Below are positions 1 to 10,529 of a stretch of DNA of 64,000 bases, piece after piece. A program made the position numbers and the translations under genes. This DNA comes from Bdellovibrionales bacterium (GTDB taxonomy: Bacteria; Bdellovibrionota; Bdellovibrionia; Bdellovibrionales; JAUICD01). The stretch is taken from assembly GCA_965203275.1 (NCBI GenBank), contig OZ241865.1:512001-576000 (forward strand). Direction: 5' to 3'. Every line of letters begins with the position of its first letter. The stretch's first letter is position 1. The notes below the pieces were generated by a model. It searched no databases and was not told where the DNA came from. It saw nothing but the letters and a program-made list of their open reading frames with translations.

Positions 1-360
1 GATACGATCAAGATGAGCATAAAATGTAGACCAACCCTGTCCACTATCTATAATCACCAAACGACCATACCCTCTGTAATCATTGCCAGCATAGACCACA
101 TATCCTTCATGTGCTGATAACACATCTCTATGCATAGAGGCTACCAGATCAATACCATAATGATCATTTCTGTAAGAGAACCCCCTTGAAATACGTGATT
201 TGAGATGATGAGATTTGGAATTTAAAGGCCACGATAACAAAAGACTTCTGCTTTGGACTGAACTACAACTTGATAAAAAAAATAAACCCAAAACAGACAT
301 GAAAATACTTGTTTGAAATAAATAACACTTGATGCTATAAATTAAGGCATGAGAGAGCAT
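1..360 (-). CDS. M23-family metallopeptidase lipoprotein, 3' end outside window
   Basis: Manual translation from ATG at 360, which overlaps the stop of the upstream gene: MLSHALIYS...LFFLSSCSS...LSWPL...NDHYGIDL...GYGRLVII...TFYAHLDRI. HxxxD and YAHL motifs present. Not in the ORF track. Confidence 0.85.
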   Translation of the reverse strand, partial: MLSHALIYSIKCYLFQTSIFMSVLGLFFLSSCSSVQSRSLLLSWPLNSKSHHLKSRISRGFSYRNDHYGIDLVASMHRDVLSAHEGYVVYAGNDYRGYGRLVIIDSGQGWSTFYAHLDRI

Positions 361-1364
361 TATTCCCCTATTTTTACAATAATTCTTCCGTATGTTTCCC
401 TATTCAACATTTTTTGAAACACAAAGTTTAAATCTTCTAATGTGATTTCTTCGGTGAGAATTTCTTTTAAATGATGAAACTTCCATTTTCCGCCTATATT
501 TTGCCAAATGGCCTGCCGATCAGCTAAAGAACAATTATTTGAACTAATACCTAAAAGGCTAACTCCTCTTAAAATAAAAGGCATCACAGTGGTTGCAAAA
601 GAGGGCGAAAGGGCTAGCCCTACAGAGGCTATATTCCCCCAGGGCATAATATGTGGCAATAATCCTTCTAAAACCTTCCCTCCTACATTATCAATAACAC
701 CTCCAAAGAGTCCTTGACCTAGAGGACGTTTTTTTAAAGGCAGATCTTTAAAATCAAAGACTTTTGTAGCCCCTAAAGATTTTAAAAAATTGTGTTTATC
801 TTTTTTGCCTGTCATTGCCCACACTTCATAGCCTAAATGAGAAAATAAATCAATAGCAAGGCACCCTACACCTCCCGTTGCTCCAGTGATCAAAATAGGA
901 CCTTTGTTGACATCTTGAGCATTTTTGAGCATACGAAATAAACAAAGGGCTGCAGTAAACCCTGCTGTGCCAATGATCATAGACTCTTTAAGAGTTAAAT
1001 CCTTTGGCTTGTGAATAACATCATCACAATGGGCATTGACCTGTTGACAATAACCTCCATCATTGAACTCACTTAAATGACAACCATGTAATAAAACCTC
1101 CTGACCTTTTTGAAAGGCATTACTAGAGCTTGACAACACTATGCCTGCACAATCAACCCCTCCATTTAAAGGGTATTTTTTTAAAATAGGAGAGACAGCT
1201 AGACCTGCTAAAGCATCCTTGTAGTTGACGCTTGAATATTTCACTTGGATTTGCATATCGCCTGGTGTGAGTGAAGATACAGGTATACGAGTTAAACGCC
1301 CTTTTTGACTATGGGCATGTATTCTATAGCAAAGGACTTCGGGATCAGAATTGTTGGATTTCAT
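360..1364 (-). CDS. YhdH/YhfP-family (AcuI-like) NADPH quinone oxidoreductase, MDR superfamily
   Basis: YSSVNYKDALA, GTAGFTAAL, ITGATGGVG, TTVMPFILRGVSLLGI motifs. Confidence 0.9.
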   Translation of the reverse strand: MKSNNSDPEVLCYRIHAHSQKGRLTRIPVSSLTPGDMQIQVKYSSVNYKDALAGLAVSPILKKYPLNGGVDCAGIVLSSSSNAFQKGQEVLLHGCHLSEFNDGGYCQQVNAHCDDVIHKPKDLTLKESMIIGTAGFTAALCLFRMLKNAQDVNKGPILITGATGGVGCLAIDLFSHLGYEVWAMTGKKDKHNFLKSLGATKVFDFKDLPLKKRPLGQGLFGGVIDNVGGKVLEGLLPHIMPWGNIASVGLALSPSFATTVMPFILRGVSLLGISSNNCSLADRQAIWQNIGGKWKFHHLKEILTEEITLEDLNFVFQKMLNRETYGRIIVKIGE

Positions 1365-1412
1365 TATTTTGCCTCATATTAATACACTTTTTTTATTCAT
1401 AAGTCCAGCTTT

Positions 1413-1439
1413 TAAGTCTATTCAAAGAATAGCCGATAA
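1413..1439 (+). promoter_or_regulatory. sigma28 (FliA)-like promoter
   Basis: TAAG-N15-GCCGATAA, 7 nt before the ATG at 1447. Confidence 0.6.
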
Positions 1440-1446
1440 GTAAATT

Positions 1447-2820
1447 ATGTCAATAGAGAATTATTTAACCCCTTATTTTAAGATACCAGAACAAAAAGTC
1501 GCAGAATGGAAAATATCTGCTACAAAGGCCGATGAATCTTTAATTTTTTGGATTTTGAAAAATAAAAAAATTAACTCTGACGTATATGGTGAATGGGCTT
1601 TTAAAAAATATAAACTGCCTAGGCTCAAAGTCAGTTTTTTTCATAAACACAAGGTAGATGAAGCTATTTTAAAAAAATATCATGGTTTTTGGCCTGAACA
1701 TGTTCTACCTATTAAAGAATGGAAGGGTGTGCTTTATTTAGCTTGCTTAGAACCCATCCATAGCTTAGATTTACCACAAGAATATCAATGGATATTGGTT
1801 CCTATTGAGGGTATCCTCTTATGGAAACAAAAAACTCACATCAATCAAAAAGATATGACACGCTCAATAAGCCTTTCACAGTTATCTTATCCAGGATTAG
1901 CAAAAACAGAAACATTAAAAAACTTTCCACATTCTCGAGAAATAACCAAAACTGAAGAATTAAAAGATTCTCAGAAAAAACAACCTGCTCAAACAGGTTT
2001 AGAAAATGTTCATTTTGGTCACATTCATTTGCCAGTACAAAAAACCTCTAAAGAAAAAACCACACCCGTTAGAAAATCAGAAAGCACACAAGATGTACAT
2101 CAGATGAAAAAACCAGCTATAGCTTCCTCCCTCTTAAAGACTTCCAACAAAACACCATCTCCCTTACCTAAAGTGTCTCATTCATCTCAAATGAAGACTC
2201 AAACCCAAATAAAAACAACAGAATCTAAAATATCTCCTGTTGTACCGAGTATTTCATCTATTAAGAAAAAAACATCTCCTTTACATATAACACCTCCGTC
2301 TTCTATTCAAAAAAAAACATCACTGATCTCTACCTCACCTCCACAAAAGGGGCCTATTCAAAGCAATGAACTTAAAAATCAAGAGCATGAAAAAATTTAT
2401 AAAGACATTCTCAATCATATAAATACTTTTTTTGATAGAAGCATGCTTCTTCTTTTAAAAAATAATGTGTTAAAGCCTTGGAAATGGGATCAATCATGGC
2501 TCAAACAACCATCAACCCATAATGTGATCTTGTTAAACAAGCCTAGTGTTTTCCGTATTGTCTATAAGACAAAACAAAAATACCATGGCTATGTTGTTCC
2601 CAACCCTGTGAATGATACTTTTTTTCAAATTTGGAATGAAGGAAAATATCCAGAACATCTCACTTTATTACCTCTGCTCAATGAAGACAAAAAAATCAAA
2701 GGGATGCTCTTAGGGATGACCTCTAAAGTAAAAGGTCAGTCTATTTTGTTAGATAAATTAGATATTTTAGCCATAGATATATCTGAAAAAATCAACAATT
2801 CTCGTTTGTTTCCCCTCTAA
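1447..2820 (+). CDS. Hypothetical protein: folded N- and C-terminal domains (C-terminus GAF-like) joined by a Ser/Pro/Lys/Thr-rich linker
   Basis: 457-aa ORF with a low-complexity centre. Confidence 0.6.
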   Translation: MSIENYLTPYFKIPEQKVAEWKISATKADESLIFWILKNKKINSDVYGEWAFKKYKLPRLKVSFFHKHKVDEAILKKYHGFWPEHVLPIKEWKGVLYLACLEPIHSLDLPQEYQWILVPIEGILLWKQKTHINQKDMTRSISLSQLSYPGLAKTETLKNFPHSREITKTEELKDSQKKQPAQTGLENVHFGHIHLPVQKTSKEKTTPVRKSESTQDVHQMKKPAIASSLLKTSNKTPSPLPKVSHSSQMKTQTQIKTTESKISPVVPSISSIKKKTSPLHITPPSSIQKKTSLISTSPPQKGPIQSNELKNQEHEKIYKDILNHINTFFDRSMLLLLKNNVLKPWKWDQSWLKQPSTHNVILLNKPSVFRIVYKTKQKYHGYVVPNPVNDTFFQIWNEGKYPEHLTLLPLLNEDKKIKGMLLGMTSKVKGQSILLDKLDILAIDISEKINNSRLFPL

Positions 2821-2955
2821 TTTTGGCATTTTATTGGCCCCATCCACATATTTGATCAAATAAAATCCTTCTGTAAAACCCAGAATCTCTAAAAAAATAA
2901 TATAAACACTTGACTTAAGGTACAAATAGATGTTGAGTCAAAATGATGGGGATGT

Positions 2956-3525
2956 ATGGGGATGAAATGGAGCAAAGAACAAATTAAAAGAATGGTCGCA
3001 AGTGTCTTTAATGATCTTAAGGCGAATCATATTGTAACCTTCAAGGTGGCTGAAGATAGGGTCTTGACACAGGCTATGGGATATATTATAGCTGATCAAG
3101 AAAAAGACAAAGCCATTGACAAAGAAGCTCGAAGGATACTAGAAGATTTAGAGAGTAAAAGCAATGAGTCCATTGATAGACATAAGCTCTTTGAGATGAT
3201 CAAAAAGAAGCTTATTGCTCAACAAAACAGACCTGATACCTGGAAGGCAAAAGGTGGGGTCGTTGCAGAAGTGCCTATACATTTTGCTCATCTGATCATA
3301 GATGGGGTTTGGGAGGATGATCTGGTGGATTACGATGATGACGGTCGGGCCCTTAAAGTGGCTAAGCAAGCTGTAGATAGATTTTTAAAAGAATTTGAAC
3401 TTCTCAATGATCAGGTCAGGCATAAAATTCAATCTATTAAGCGGACTATTCTTGAAGGTAGTGAGGAATGGAAAGCTCTTTATGATAGATTTTACAAAGA
3501 AGAATTAGTCCGACGAGGTTTATGA
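2956..3525 (+). CDS. DUF507-family protein (two DUF507-type halves in one ORF)
   Basis: First half ends IDRHKLFEMIKKKL. Second half ends GSEEWKALYDRFYKEELVRRG. Confidence 0.75.
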   Translation: MGMKWSKEQIKRMVASVFNDLKANHIVTFKVAEDRVLTQAMGYIIADQEKDKAIDKEARRILEDLESKSNESIDRHKLFEMIKKKLIAQQNRPDTWKAKGGVVAEVPIHFAHLIIDGVWEDDLVDYDDDGRALKVAKQAVDRFLKEFELLNDQVRHKIQSIKRTILEGSEEWKALYDRFYKEELVRRGL

Positions 3526-3585
3526 ATGTATTGGGATTAAATTTTATTTGCATTGTTTAAGAACAATAATAAGATAGAGGTTTTT

Positions 3586-5070
3586 ATGAGAATTTTAAAA
3601 TATATAGCTTTTGTTTTAACTTTAATAATGGGAATAAATCAAGAACTTCAGGCTGCTGCTGTTTTAGAACTCAATGGCCAATATTCCTTAGAAGGTGTTT
3701 GGATGAGAAACTCCCGCTTAGATGGCAGTTCAGGGAAGTTTTATTTTTTAAACCAGCTACGACTTAAGCCAGAGATTAAAGTAAAAGATGGACTTTCTGT
3801 CCATGGTCGTTTTGACATGCTGACAAATCCTTGGAGTCATACGTTCCAATACAAAGCAGGAAGCTTTTGGGGAATGGATAAAATATCACGAGGTTCTTCT
3901 CTGCAATCCTTTATTGACCTTGGAGTAGATGTGACTCACTTGTACTTTAGTTGGAGCAATGAGTTTGTCAAGCTGATGGGCGGTCGATTACCACTGGATT
4001 TTGGAGCAGGTCTTTTATTTGATGCAGGTGACGAACATTTAGATCATTTTGCGGATCACATAGATGGTATAGGTGTTGAGTTTAAGGCAGGCAATCTTTC
4101 TATCCGTCCAATATTTGGTGTACTCTCTAAAGGCCTTTATGGAACATCTAACGTCTATCGGTATTTAATTAATTTACAATATGAGCTAGTAGACTCAAAA
4201 TTATTATTTGATTTTATAGGTGTGATCACAGATGGACGAAGTGGCTCTAAACCTATGGTTTATGGTCCGCTGGTTCCTCTCTCTCTAAGAGATACATTTA
4301 TTCAAGATAAATACTTAGGGACATCTCCTCCTCCTCCTCCTCCTCAAACAGATTTAGCCCTTACAAGTTTAAACGACCACTGGTCGACCTACCATCTAGG
4401 AACATTTGTAAAAAAAGACTTTTCTATTGGCACTGTCAAGTTAGAAGTAGATTTTGTTTTAGGTCGAGATACAGGTATTCCTGTTGACTCACAGGGCAAT
4501 GCCTTAGCTGTGTCTGGTTATGGTGCCATAGCAGAGTTTATGACTCACCCTGGATCATGGCAGTGGGGCTTTAAGGCAGGTTATCTTTCAGGAGACGACC
4601 CAGAGACGACAGACAAATACGAGGGTTTTATTGCTCATCGCAACTATCCTGTAGGTATGTTAATGTTTAACCATGCTATTGGTCATCAAGATACCATTGG
4701 AGGTTCTTATCGTGTCCACCCTCCTACAGCAAATGAGTCTCAAAGTTATCAACAAAGTAATAATAGGAATAATTTGCCTGATATGGAATATTTAACCAAT
4801 GCTTTTTTTATTGCTCCTCATCTCACAAAGTCTCTTTTTAAAAATGGATATTTAACTACAGATGTGATCTGGGCTATGTTACCTGTGCCTTCACAGGGGA
4901 CAGATGCTAGAAACTTAGGATTTGAAATAGATCTAGGATTTATGTATAAAAGTAGCCAATATTTGACCTTAGGTCTTGAAACAGGATGGCTTTTCCCTGG
5001 TTCTGGCTTTATAGGGGATTCTCGGAGAATGGTCTATGGAGTTCAAGCAAATGCTATTATTTCCTTTTAA
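3586..5070 (+). CDS. Outer-membrane beta-barrel (porin-like) protein
   Basis: ATG at 3586 after GAGG; signal peptide; amphipathic strands; GYLSGDD and LGFEIDLG motifs; C-terminal Phe. Confidence 0.7.
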   Translation: MRILKYIAFVLTLIMGINQELQAAAVLELNGQYSLEGVWMRNSRLDGSSGKFYFLNQLRLKPEIKVKDGLSVHGRFDMLTNPWSHTFQYKAGSFWGMDKISRGSSLQSFIDLGVDVTHLYFSWSNEFVKLMGGRLPLDFGAGLLFDAGDEHLDHFADHIDGIGVEFKAGNLSIRPIFGVLSKGLYGTSNVYRYLINLQYELVDSKLLFDFIGVITDGRSGSKPMVYGPLVPLSLRDTFIQDKYLGTSPPPPPPQTDLALTSLNDHWSTYHLGTFVKKDFSIGTVKLEVDFVLGRDTGIPVDSQGNALAVSGYGAIAEFMTHPGSWQWGFKAGYLSGDDPETTDKYEGFIAHRNYPVGMLMFNHAIGHQDTIGGSYRVHPPTANESQSYQQSNNRNNLPDMEYLTNAFFIAPHLTKSLFKNGYLTTDVIWAMLPVPSQGTDARNLGFEIDLGFMYKSSQYLTLGLETGWLFPGSGFIGDSRRMVYGVQANAIISF

Positions 5071-5510
5071 ATTTTAGTTATTTATAACATTGTAGGTAAA
5101 TATATATTTCAGTTAAAAAGGCTTGATCTTAAAAAAATTACTTAATTTTTTTTTATTTAAAATAAAAAGTTTGACTTTTTACGAAAAAAGTATGAAGATA
5201 ATATATAAGCCACTAAAATATAACTCTTACCTTGTAAATGATTTTCCTGTAAACCGATCTCGCAAAAAACAAAGAAAGAATAATATTTTTATTTAAAGTA
5301 TACCATGTAAAAACCTGATAAGAATAAATCAATCCAATTATTCAAGAGTTTCTGTGTCTTAATAAAAGACACAAGAATAATAAAAAATATTTATTCTTTA
5401 ATAGAGTGTTAAGGAATAAGAAGATGTTCTCTATTTCTATTTAATTAAAGCGATCAGAAATGAGAGCATTTTGAATAAAACATACAAATAAACGAAAGGA
5501 GTCAATTATT

Positions 5511-7187
5511 GTGTCAGATTCTTATAAAGTAGAATCATCTACAACAGAAGCAAGAGCTAGTCGGTCATCAGAAAGAACAGAAGATAAGCGATCAGAATAT
5601 TCTTATCGAGATAGAGATCGAGATAATTATCGGGATCGAGATAGAGATCGGGATCGAGATAATTATCGGGATCGGGATCGGGATAATTATCGAGATAGAG
5701 ATCGGGATCGAGATAATTATCGGGGGCGTCGAGCTACAGGAGGGTATCGTAATTATAGACAGACAACCGGTGGACGACGACCATCTAACAACAATGACCA
5801 CACAAATCATAGAAGATCTTATCGCAGATTTGAAAGCTATAATCAAGGAGGGGATGATGTTGATGCTGGTCTCAACACAGAGCTAACAGAAGACCAGATA
5901 GAAAAAATTAAAAACTCTTTAACTGATGAAGAAAAAAAATCTCTTAATTCTAAAGATCTTAAATCTAAAAAAATTGAAGCCCTCACGAACCTTGCCATTA
6001 AGCTACAAATAGAGCATGCAGCAGGCTTCCGTCGTCAAGATTTGGTTTTTGAAGTTCTTAAACGAGCTGCTAAATTTGGTGATATTTTTGGTAATGGTAT
6101 TTTGGAGATATTGCCTGATAGTTATGGATTTTTACGTTCCCCAGATTATAATTATTTGCCTGGGCCAGATGATATCTATGTCAGTCCATCTCAAATCAGA
6201 CGTTTTGGTTTGAGGACAGGTGACACAATTGCAGGGACAGTCCGTCCACCTAAAGATAATGAAAATTACTTTGCACTCTTAAAAGTAGACACTCTTAATA
6301 AAGAACCTTTAGAGCAGTTTAAAGATAAAATTTTGTTTGATAATTTAACACCTCTTTATCCTGATGCAAGGCTTAATCTAGAACATAATCCCACCAACCT
6401 CACCACTCGTGTTGTGGATATGATGTCCCCATTAGGTAAAGGACAGAGAGCTTTGATTGTAGCCCCTCCTAGGACGGGCAAAACTGTTTTATTACAAGAT
6501 ATTGCCAATGCTATTTCTATTAACCAGCCAGAAGCTTTTTTGATTGTTTTGTTAATTGATGAAAGACCAGAAGAAGTTACAGACATGTCGCGCAGTGTAA
6601 AAGGAGAAGTGATCAGCTCTACATTTGATGAACCTCCTGGAAGGCATATCCAAGTGGCAGAGATGGTTTTAGAAAAAGCTAAAAGGCTTGTCGAACATAA
6701 ACATGATGTTGTGATCTTGTTAGATTCCATCACTCGTTTGGCAAGGGCTTACAATACAGTTGTGCCAGCATCAGGTAAGATTTTATCTGGAGGTGTGGAT
6801 TCGAATGCTCTGCATAAACCAAAAAGATTTTTTGGAGCAGCTCGAAATATTGAAGAAGGGGGAAGCTTGACTATTATAGCCACAGCCTTGATTGATACAG
6901 GGTCACGTATGGATGAACTGATCTTTGAGGAATTTAAAGGAACAGGTAATGCAGAAATTCACCTTGATCGTAAGTTAATGGAAAAGCGAATTTTCCCATG
7001 CATAGATATCAATAAATCTGGTACTCGCAAAGAAGATCTTCTTTTAGATAACAATTTATTGCAAAAGCTTTGGATTTTAAGAAAGGTTCTTGCTCCTATG
7101 AATGTGGTAGACAGCATAGAATTTCTATTGAAAAAGCTCAAAGTCACTAAGAGTAATGAAGATTTTATTGCCAGCATGAACAATTAA
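5511..7187 (+). CDS. rho: Transcription termination factor Rho with N-terminal Arg/Asp-rich extension
   Basis: [61 protein letters not shown]. Confidence 0.98.
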   Translation: MSDSYKVESSTTEARASRSSERTEDKRSEYSYRDRDRDNYRDRDRDRDRDNYRDRDRDNYRDRDRDRDNYRGRRATGGYRNYRQTTGGRRPSNNNDHTNHRRSYRRFESYNQGGDDVDAGLNTELTEDQIEKIKNSLTDEEKKSLNSKDLKSKKIEALTNLAIKLQIEHAAGFRRQDLVFEVLKRAAKFGDIFGNGILEILPDSYGFLRSPDYNYLPGPDDIYVSPSQIRRFGLRTGDTIAGTVRPPKDNENYFALLKVDTLNKEPLEQFKDKILFDNLTPLYPDARLNLEHNPTNLTTRVVDMMSPLGKGQRALIVAPPRTGKTVLLQDIANAISINQPEAFLIVLLIDERPEEVTDMSRSVKGEVISSTFDEPPGRHIQVAEMVLEKAKRLVEHKHDVVILLDSITRLARAYNTVVPASGKILSGGVDSNALHKPKRFFGAARNIEEGGSLTIIATALIDTGSRMDELIFEEFKGTGNAEIHLDRKLMEKRIFPCIDINKSGTRKEDLLLDNNLLQKLWILRKVLAPMNVVDSIEFLLKKLKVTKSNEDFIASMNN

Positions 7188-7397
7188 GATAATGACACTG
7201 TTTCATAAAGCTTTTTAATCCTCATGCCCTTCAATTTAAAATATTCAATAAAAATGCCATAGACTTAAGATTTGTTTTATCTGTATATTTCTTTTACCTT
7301 AACAAAATTTTAGATAAAAAATGGTCTATAAAAAGACTTTAGTCAAAATAGTTTTTTCTTTTTACTTTCCGATAAATATATAAGGAAAGGTTACAAA

Positions 7398-8654
7398 ATG
7401 AATAGAGAAAAATATCTTTTATTAGGCTTTTATATTTTATTGATGGGATGTGCTGAATCATCTCAAGAAGGTGCTGATTATAGCAATTTTACAGGGGAGC
7501 TAAGCCAGTACGAACGAGAAATTCAAAGCACTGCAGATCATCTTTACACAAATGGACGTATAGTTTCTGCCGATAGCAATGTCAGAAACATCTTGTGGAC
7601 CATGACGTGGGATAGCACCCGAAACAAACCCGTGCTTCAGATGCATATAGGTAATGAGACAAAAACCTATAACTTTGCTAATAGAGTGCTTATAGGAGGT
7701 CGTAGTGCTTTTATTGTTCCTTCTCAAGAAGATTTAAGAGGTCTTGGAAATAATCAAAGTAATTATGTCAGAGTACTACAAATCAATAACTCTATGCAAG
7801 AGATTAGAGGTTCTATTCTTTTAGCAGACAATAGTATGTTTGCTGAGATTAGAAATGCTCTCACCACTCAAAGCCCTCTAATAAATAATACAGCTTCCAC
7901 AGAGGCTTTTTTCAGGTTGACCTTTGCTAGAGCTGCACACTCTTATTCATATCTATCTGCTGCTCCACAAGTTCAAGAGCTTCTTGATCCTATTATGCAA
8001 GAAAGACAAGTTTACATTGTCATCTCTAGTTTGCATTGGGCTAGACGTAGTGGCAATATACCTTCTAGCAATACAGGGGCGTTGAATACAAATAATATTT
8101 TTAATCGAGATAGTGGTGTATTATCTTATCTTCCTCAAGGAGATGCAATAAGAGAAGGATTTTCTTATTTTGATACAACAAGTTATGCTACTGGGAACTC
8201 TGATGTGACTTTAGAGGGAAAAATTGATTTTTATGCTGATTTGTATTCTGTGGTAGATACAAGATACCGGGTGATCAATTTACATTTTAAACAATCTGCA
8301 AGGGATTTCCACAACCCTGGTCAATTTCAAAACGTAAATGTCTTATTGGCAATCAATTATAAACATAAGGATGCCAGTGTTGTTAATTTAAGATCCACTT
8401 TAAGAAGAAAAAACTTAGCCCCCTTAAACTTTCTCTTTGAATTTTCTGCTAGTATGGGAACCAATTCTGCTCGTATAAATTTAGAGATTTCTCGTTTAAC
8501 TGCTGTAAATCCTTTTCAAAGAAGCTCTTTTGCAGAAGGATATACACCTATAGCACATCTTTTAGAGAGTGTAGGTGGTAATCTTTTAGAGGGATTAAAA
8601 AAGATTGGAGGCGGTATAGCATGGCCTTTCAAAAGACTTATGGACATGTTTTAA
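7398..8654 (+). CDS. Hypothetical lipoprotein
   Basis: 418 aa; lipobox LMGC; RBS AAGG. Confidence 0.75.
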   Translation: MNREKYLLLGFYILLMGCAESSQEGADYSNFTGELSQYEREIQSTADHLYTNGRIVSADSNVRNILWTMTWDSTRNKPVLQMHIGNETKTYNFANRVLIGGRSAFIVPSQEDLRGLGNNQSNYVRVLQINNSMQEIRGSILLADNSMFAEIRNALTTQSPLINNTASTEAFFRLTFARAAHSYSYLSAAPQVQELLDPIMQERQVYIVISSLHWARRSGNIPSSNTGALNTNNIFNRDSGVLSYLPQGDAIREGFSYFDTTSYATGNSDVTLEGKIDFYADLYSVVDTRYRVINLHFKQSARDFHNPGQFQNVNVLLAINYKHKDASVVNLRSTLRRKNLAPLNFLFEFSASMGTNSARINLEISRLTAVNPFQRSSFAEGYTPIAHLLESVGGNLLEGLKKIGGGIAWPFKRLMDMF

Positions 8655-8876
8655 GATGGAAATGATATGTCTAAGAGTTAGTCAGTTGTTGTTATTTTTT
8701 TTGTCAAAAAGAATATTTTTATCTTAATTTACAATTTCTCAAGCGTTTGAAATGTTTCAAAATGATACAAATGCCTTTTCTCAGAAAAACTTTTAAATCT
8801 TTATATCCTTTAATTTATAAGCCTTTAAGGAATGCTGACCTTTGATATATCTTTTTTAATCTTATAACAAGAGTGA

Positions 8877-8893
8877 TTGGTATATTTTTTGCT
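8877..8893 (+). promoter_or_regulatory. sigma54 -24/-12 promoter
   Basis: TTGGTATATTTTTTGCT (GG-N10-GC). Confidence 0.55.
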
Positions 8894-9013
8894 GTTTTAT
8901 TTAATAATATATTGTGTGTAAATATTTAACTTGGGGGTAGTATTATTTAATTTCAAAGGGCTTATGTCTTTTGGACCCCATCAAACTTAATCATCAATTA
9001 AATGGAGAAAATT

Positions 9014-10069
9014 ATGCGTAAATTAACTTATTTATTAATTGCAGTAGTAGCTCTATCAGGGTTGGTTTTTGCTGTAGGCTGTGCTAATGAAGGATCTATC
9101 AACAGTACAGATCAGAGGCCAAGAAGCATAGAAGCAGATAAAAAAACCTATAAAGAGAGAGTTTTAGAAGAAGCTCAAGCACTTCATGCAGAAGGTAAGC
9201 TAGAATCTCTTGAGAATTTGAGTCATCTCACATTTGAATTAGATGAACAAGGGAATATATCTAAAATTAATGGAGATGGTATAAATTTGCATTCTTATGA
9301 TCTATCTCTTGCCTTTACTTTAGGGAATACAAAAATTGTAGCTCCTGAATGGTCACTCTCGAGTGATTCAGATGTAAGCCAGGGAGCTGTCGTACTTTCA
9401 ATAGATGAAAAAGCTGATGGCATTGAGGGTCAACTTCATAACGTGTCTTCAGATGTTATGACCATTATCAAAGCACCTCATAATGGTGGAGACGTAAGTT
9501 TAACAGATGAGAATTATGAATTTACAAGTGTAAAAGGATTTTTCAAGTTTGTTTCTTTATCTAATGTACAATATGATGCAGATGGTTTTGATGCATTAAA
9601 CGACAAAAATGCTCAAGTTGCACTTTCTGCTGTGTATTGGAATAATAATACAGCTTCTGAAGAACTCAAGCTAGAAAGAAAGGCAAATGCAAAAGTCACA
9701 TTGGCCGATAAGAATAGTGAAGCTTTGTCACTTACTGTTGACAACCATACTTCTTCAGCAGACGTTGCTAGTGTTCTTGTAGAGGGGAGTGGGTCAATTA
9801 TAGATAACGGCACCATCAGTAGGCTTATTAATTTAGCAGAGGCTCTATCAGTTGAACCTTTAAGGCTGAGCTTTCATATTTCAGAAAATCTTTTAACACA
9901 TATTGACGATGAGCCTCAATTTAAAATTTATAACTTGGTCATTGGCCATGAAGTTATTCCTGGTGCTACATTAGAAGAAGATGAAATTCAGGTTAATCCC
10001 CCATTTGATGTTGATTTTAATGAATTGCCTCTAAATACAGAAGGAGCTAATCCTCCAGCAGAGCAGTAG
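9014..10069 (+). CDS. Hypothetical lipoprotein
   Basis: ATG at 9014 after GGAG; lipobox AVGC. Confidence 0.75.
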   Translation: MRKLTYLLIAVVALSGLVFAVGCANEGSINSTDQRPRSIEADKKTYKERVLEEAQALHAEGKLESLENLSHLTFELDEQGNISKINGDGINLHSYDLSLAFTLGNTKIVAPEWSLSSDSDVSQGAVVLSIDEKADGIEGQLHNVSSDVMTIIKAPHNGGDVSLTDENYEFTSVKGFFKFVSLSNVQYDADGFDALNDKNAQVALSAVYWNNNTASEELKLERKANAKVTLADKNSEALSLTVDNHTSSADVASVLVEGSGSIIDNGTISRLINLAEALSVEPLRLSFHISENLLTHIDDEPQFKIYNLVIGHEVIPGATLEEDEIQVNPPFDVDFNELPLNTEGANPPAEQ

Positions 10070-10070
10070 G

Positions 10071-10445
10071 TTGTTAAGAAAAGAGAGGATATTCTCCTCT
10101 AGAGGAATAGGCAGTCAGGTTATTTTAAATCCTGAGTGCCTGTTTGCCGGAAGGCAAGATACCATATCCGGCATCTGGGATCCGGGATCCGGCATCTGGG
10201 ATCCGGCAACTGGCATCCGAGATCCGGGATCTGGGATCCGGGATCTGGGATCCGGGATCCGGCAACCCGGCAGACAGGGATGAAAAAATGCCTTGTTTCC
10301 TTAACATGATGTTAAAAGAGGAAAGGATCCTCCTACTAAAAGTGGTCAAGCTTTCTAGGTTGCCAGCAATTGAGAAGGCGAAAGCCTTCGGCTGGCAACC
10401 AGAAAGTAGCCAGAGGCTAGTTCAATTTTAGGGAAACTTAGTGAA
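10071..10445. repeat. Repeat cluster 1: heptamer array (10165-10270) plus one chimeric structured unit (10294-10437)
   Basis: GGGATC[CT] heptamers; TGTTTCCTTAACA...GGCGAAAGCC...CCAGAGG...GGGAAAC. Confidence 0.9.
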
Positions 10446-10529
10446 AAAGATTGTATTTATTTTGAGATTTATTCATAATTAAGATCATAGTAAGGGATAA
10501 AGGATTTTTTTTTAAAGGGTGGTAATTAT

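Noticed and set aside
2823..2838. Additional sigma54 site TTGGCATTTTATTGGC
   Set aside because: -12 element deviates (TGGC rather than TTGC) and it sits right at the upstream stop codon
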